Shown: positions 59,844 to 64,000 of the stretch, piece after piece
Numbering within the stretch: position 1 is the stretch's first letter
Layout of the letters: each line of letters starts with the position of its first letter
Assembly (NCBI GenBank): GCA_963843795.1
Contig: CAWJLW010000006.1
Coordinates: 124,001-188,000 of the forward strand
Direction of reading: 5' to 3'
DNA from: an uncultured bacterium
GTDB lineage: Bacteria > Armatimonadota > Abditibacteriia > Abditibacteriales > Abditibacteriaceae
DNA length: 64,000 nucleotides
Made by a program: the position numbers and the translations under genes
The notes under the pieces: model-generated
Told to the model about the DNA's origin: nothing
The model's input: the letters and a program-made list of their open reading frames with translations, nothing else
The model's database searches: none

Positions 59844-61880
59844 TCAATGCACATCGGGATACATCGGCAGTTGCGGCAGCGCGTTTTCATCGACCCTAAC
59901 GCCCTGCGCTTTGAGTTCTCTCAGCGGAACATCGCTGAAATTTTGCAAGAGTGAAGGATCGAGAATTTGCGCGGCGCGCTCTTTCGACCACGCGGGAGTT
60001 TTTTGAAACAAAACCACGCGCGGATGATCGTAAACTGTCAAAGCTTCTTCGCTATTATCATCGGGCAAATCGAGCGTCCATCCAAACAAATTCAGGCGCG
60101 GATAGCTGGCCCATTGTTTGACCGGCACAAAGCCCAGTTCGCCACCGAAAAGCGCGCTGTAATAGCGCTTGGTCAGCGGATAGCGCGGGCCGATACGCGG
60201 CAGCGAAGCCCACATTCGAGGCGAAGAAATCACGATATATTCGGTCTGGTCGAGCGTGTCCAAAAGATACTGTCGCTTGTTCATCGAATCGCTGTCGAGC
60301 AGCTTCAAATCGAGCATCACGAAGGGCGCTTTATCGCTCAGCGGCAGCGCATCGTCCCACACGGTTTCATTTGCCCAGCGCGTGCCACGCGGCTGCGCTT
60401 CCATCCATTTTGACGCCGCGACGCGTGTGTGAGGACGACGATAAATCGAACTTACCGCCGCGCCCCACAAAACTGTTCCACCCAACATCGCGCCGAATAC
60501 CAGCGCTGCAAGTACCTGCAGCGCATTTTGTGAACGCGTGCGGCTCCACTGCCACAATTGCTGCGCGCACCACGCGCCCAAAAGCGCCACAAACGGCGTC
60601 ATTAACAAATAGTAGCGCGTGAATTTGGAAAATTGACCGGCGTGATACCCAAAAATCAGCGCGACCCACAAAGCGGCAATCGCGATTTCGTATCGGTAAG
60701 GGCGCGCGACCAAAATGGGCACTTTGCGTGTTAAAAACAACCCCGGAATCGCGACAATTGCGGGCAGCATCAGTTGCCAGCCAACCGCCCACACCAGCAA
60801 GTTGCGCAACGGCCAGAGGTAATCGCTGCGCCCGAACCATTGCAAATTCCACGGCACATCGTTCAATCCCAGCGTAATATCGCGCTGCTGCGCCAGTGAC
60901 GCCCAAAAGTTGGCCGGTGCATTTGCGGGCCGCAAATCGAGCAAGCCACCCAGCGACCACCAGGCATTTTCGCCCCGAAACGCCATCGGATGAAAAACTC
61001 GAAACGCAAATACCGTTGCAATCAAAACCAAAATCGCGCCGCTTACCAACAGCCAACGTGTGCGTGATAAGCGAATATCGACACCGCTATTTAATAAAAA
61101 TAGGGGCAGAATCGGCGCGAATAAAATCGTCGAAATCTTGCACGCCAGCGCCAACCCCCAACCGATGCCGCAGACAAGCGCCCAGACGCTCGCGCGCCGC
61201 GTCGCAAGTACTTGCGCGCCATCGCGCCAGTGCAGCGCGGCCCAGAACGCGAAAACCAGCCAGAAGGCGGCGAAGGTATCGACGACATAAAAATGCGCGT
61301 GCTGCAAATGCAACGCAGTGAACGCGATGAGAATGCCCGCAACTGCGCCCCACAACACGCCCAGCCAGCGCCGCGCAATGAGCCACACCAGAACCACAGT
61401 TCCACTATCGAAGGCAGCCGACAAAAATCGGCCCAGCAGCAACATTCCTTCGTAATTATCACGATCTAATTTGCCCGCGATAAATTTGGCGAAAATTAGC
61501 GGAAATTGTCCGTATACGAACAATCCCATATTGGGCAAATTAAACGGATTGAGCGGCGAACGTGCACTATCGAACCACGCGCTCCAATTATCGGGCCAGC
61601 CCAGCGCGGGCACCGTCATGGTGAAAAAGCGCTCGTCGGGATGCAAGTGATAACCATCGTCCCAATTCAACCCGACGAAACGAAAACCGATGCCGAGCAG
61701 CAGCAAAACGCACAGCGCAAAATAACACGCGCGGCGCAACAACGGCGAAGTGAAAAAGCCTAATTTCTCCGCAATTTCAGCGGTTTGGTTTTCGGTTGTG
61801 GCCGGTTCGATTTCAGGTTTTGAATTCTGTTGATAGCACGCTTGAGCGCGCCGTTTTTTCTTGTATTTGCTTTTAGCCAT
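59844..61880 (-). CDS. GT-C fold glycosyltransferase (GT39-like)
   Basis: NWDD..HLHPDERF, YGQFPL, AHFYVVD, VYDHP.V. Confidence 0.8.
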   Translation of the reverse strand: MAKSKYKKKRRAQACYQQNSKPEIEPATTENQTAEIAEKLGFFTSPLLRRACYFALCVLLLLGIGFRFVGLNWDDGYHLHPDERFFTMTVPALGWPDNWSAWFDSARSPLNPFNLPNMGLFVYGQFPLIFAKFIAGKLDRDNYEGMLLLGRFLSAAFDSGTVVLVWLIARRWLGVLWGAVAGILIAFTALHLQHAHFYVVDTFAAFWLVFAFWAALHWRDGAQVLATRRASVWALVCGIGWGLALACKISTILFAPILPLFLLNSGVDIRLSRTRWLLVSGAILVLIATVFAFRVFHPMAFRGENAWWSLGGLLDLRPANAPANFWASLAQQRDITLGLNDVPWNLQWFGRSDYLWPLRNLLVWAVGWQLMLPAIVAIPGLFLTRKVPILVARPYRYEIAIAALWVALIFGYHAGQFSKFTRYYLLMTPFVALLGAWCAQQLWQWSRTRSQNALQVLAALVFGAMLGGTVLWGAAVSSIYRRPHTRVAASKWMEAQPRGTRWANETVWDDALPLSDKAPFVMLDLKLLDSDSMNKRQYLLDTLDQTEYIVISSPRMWASLPRIGPRYPLTKRYYSALFGGELGFVPVKQWASYPRLNLFGWTLDLPDDNSEEALTVYDHPRVVLFQKTPAWSKERAAQILDPSLLQNFSDVPLRELKAQGVRVDENALPQLPMYPDVH

Positions 61881-61934
61881 CGCGCGCAGTTTATCTTTCC
61901 CCTGCTGGCTTGTTTGCAAAAAAACCGAAATAAG

Positions 61935-61966
61935 AAAGCGCCCGGCAAGTACTTGCCGGGCGCTTT
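61935..61966. repeat. 32-bp perfect palindrome with the iterated core
   Basis: AAAGCGCCCGGCAAGTACTTGCCGGGCGCTTT. Confidence 0.85.
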
Positions 61967-62046
61967 GGTGTTTAAGAATGTGCTTTCAAGCTGAGCTTTA
62001 GATTTACAGAATCGATGAACAAACGGTTTTTGTGCTCTGCAGTGTT

Positions 62047-64000
62047 TTAGTTGGTATCGGCTTCGATGTTGAGGGTGACTGTGTAGTTTCCATCGCGCTG
62101 CACGCCAAAGAGGAAGGTGTAGCTGCGCGATTCGTTGATGCCCAGGGGGGTGCCCAGAACCAGGGTGCCGGCGTTGCGATCTGCTGTACTGGTGTTTTCG
62201 ACCACGCTGCTGTTGAGGGCACCACCCAGTGATTGTGCTGGCTCTTCAAGTGTGGTGCCGCTGACTGGAACCGAGCCGCCACCGACCAGAATCACGTTCT
62301 GCTGTGTGCTGGAAATCAAGCGCAGGTCGGCCTGATTGGTGTCGTTGTAGCCGGGGCTTTGCAGGCTGGTCTGGTTGATGACCCGGAAGCGCAGGCGTTT
62401 GATGACCTGCCCACTGGTGTTGGTGATGGTGCGGCGCAGGGCCAGAGTGCCCAGGGGTGAGTTGGGGTTGGCTTTGGCGGTCGCACTGGTGGCACGCGCG
62501 CGATTGGGGGCGCGGTTGGCGGCGTTGGTGATGCCCGGTTGGAGCAAAGCGACGCTGAAGCCCTCGTTGCGATTGATCGGACTGCTCAGGTTCTGAGGAC
62601 CTGGAGCGCCGAGTTGAGATTGATTGCCGTTGTAGAGGCCAGCATCGGTGGAGATGAAGTTGAAGTCGGCGGCGTTGTCGCCTGTGTCCTGAGGCTTGCC
62701 CTGGCTGATGATGCGCACAAAAGCGTATTCGCCAGCAGTGTTGGGGGCTGAGGAAAGTGCTGTGCCTTCGCCCGTCACCGTAGAACCGGCAAAGGCCACG
62801 GCATCTTGCGTCACACCCCCAGCATTGCGCAATTGCAAGCCTGCTGCCTCGGGAATATCGACTCCGCTGGCCTGGTTGGTCGCCACGGAAAGTGAGTAGC
62901 CGCTGCCGGTGAGCAGGTAGTAGCCACGCGCGGGAAGAGTGACACCCGAAGCGATGGTGATGGGGTTTGCGGCACTGTCATACAGCACGCTCCACCCGCT
63001 GATGTTCAAGGGCGCATCGGTGGTATTGTAAAGCTCGATGTATTCATCAGCAGAACCACGCCGAACCACGCAAACGGAACTCGCTGATTAATGCGCCGGT
63101 GGTCGCACTGGCCACGGCGTCTGTATTGGTGAGGCTAAATTGAACCGAAGCTGGCGTTGCGCCATTGGCGCTGGCTGTCACGGTGTACGTGCCCGTTGTG
63201 CCGTTGGCCGTCGCTGGGCTGCTGGCGAAGCCAGTGCTGCCAATTGTCGCCGGATTGTTGCTAAGAGTGGCGCTCGCGCCGCTATCTGGGGCCGTGAAGG
63301 TCACTTTGCCGCCATTTACGGGTTCGCTGTTTGTGCTACTGACCGCTACGGTGAGCGGATTCGCAAAAGCGGTATTAACTGTCGCGCTTTGACTGTTGCC
63401 GCCACTGTAGGTCAGCGTGAAGCCACGACTCTCGAAAGCGCCAATATCGGCAGTATCTTGCTGCGGATCGAGCGATGCCGCGTTGGTCAGTTGCCGGCGC
63501 GTTGGCATTATCCGCCGCATTGAGGGCTGGACTTCCTGGCAACAACGCCATGGTTTGCGTCGGGCCGCCATTGTCGGCCAAAGTGCCGAGCAACGGGTTG
63601 ATTTTGTTAGCATTAGTGCCCACAATATTGCCGTTAGTGCCGTTGGTCAAGCCACTTGTGCCATCGCCAATCAGATTGTTGCTGCTGGCACTATTGAAAG
63701 AGCCAGAGCTGTCTCGGCTGCTGCTTCCTGCCACAATGCTGTTTTTGAGCAGCATTGCGCCGAAACCATTGTTTACTCCTGTGCCATTGCCGTTGAAAGT
63801 AGAGTTAACAATGGTTGCGTTACCTCCATCGGTAGAAGATGAACCAATACCTGTGCCTGTCCCGCTAATGGTGGAGTTAGTGACAGTAGCGTTGCCGCCT
63901 TGGACAAAAATGCCAACGTTTCCGCCGCTAACGGTGCAATTTGTAACGGTGATGCGGAGGCCTCTAAAATTGTGGATGTTAAACCCACTGTTACCCGCAA
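62047..64000 (-). CDS. Large extracellular protein (5'-partial): choice-of-anchor Q / beta-helix, Ig-like and lamin-tail domains; frameshifts near 63760, 63460, 63065
   Basis: LADNGGPTQTMALLPGSPALNA, DIGAFE, SGGNSQSATVNTAF..PL.V, ISEFR.RG...DEYIELYN. Confidence 0.75.

Larger units (their letters stand above)
1030..61956. repeat. Dispersed highly iterated palindrome GCAAGTACTTGC (often TGCAAGTACTTGCA), ~44 exact copies across the window
   Basis: Exact 12-mers start near 1030, 3469, 3570, 4615, 4910, 5904, 6431, 8351, 11370, 14147, 15875, 16532, 19092, 19671, 20674, 21115, 23022, 25472, 27034, 28240, 28379, 30866, 34786, 36823, 38925, 40480, 41604, 43349, 43492, 44961, 45931, 48151, 48824, 49381, 51154, 53159, 54573, 56215, 56407, 58507, 59237, 59826, 61204, 61945. 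Confidence 0.97.

Noticed and set aside
1030..61956. CRISPR array made of the GCAAGTACTTGC repeats
   Set aside because: Copies are dispersed at irregular kb-scale distances with no constant repeat-spacer period, and there are no cas genes

Overview
Bacterial chromosomal window, moderately GC-rich. Gene content (H-X9-DG prepilin-type proteins, GT-C glycosyltransferases) suggests an Armatimonadota/Abditibacteriota-like organism; this is inference only. Housekeeping genes include ribD/ribE/ribBA/ribH, tRNA-Gln-glmU(N-domain only)-prs-rplY, ychF, cimA, pth, trpF, ndh, fucI, a rhamnose isomerase, a phosphohexomutase and chrA. Two things stand out. (1) The 12-bp palindrome GCAAGTACTTGC occurs about 44 times exactly (counted by eye) plus about 10 one-mismatch variants. 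It sits inside genes in all three frames and, in intergenic regions, forms the loop-less centre of 20-56 bp perfect palindromes with site-specific arms. Some copies carry duplication scars, and one arm mirrors the end of the neighbouring gene, which suggests an active HIP1/uptake-sequence/REP-like system. (2) A ~9 kb minus-strand nitrogen-scavenging cluster encodes an ABC importer with two binding proteins, a BiuH/GuuH-type cysteine hydrolase, an MBL hydrolase, a creatininase-family enzyme, a type III GS-like ligase and a GdmH-like guanidine hydrolase. It has a structured leader and a divergent nickel-transporter-like gene. Many single-base frameshifts are present and are most likely sequencing or assembly indels.
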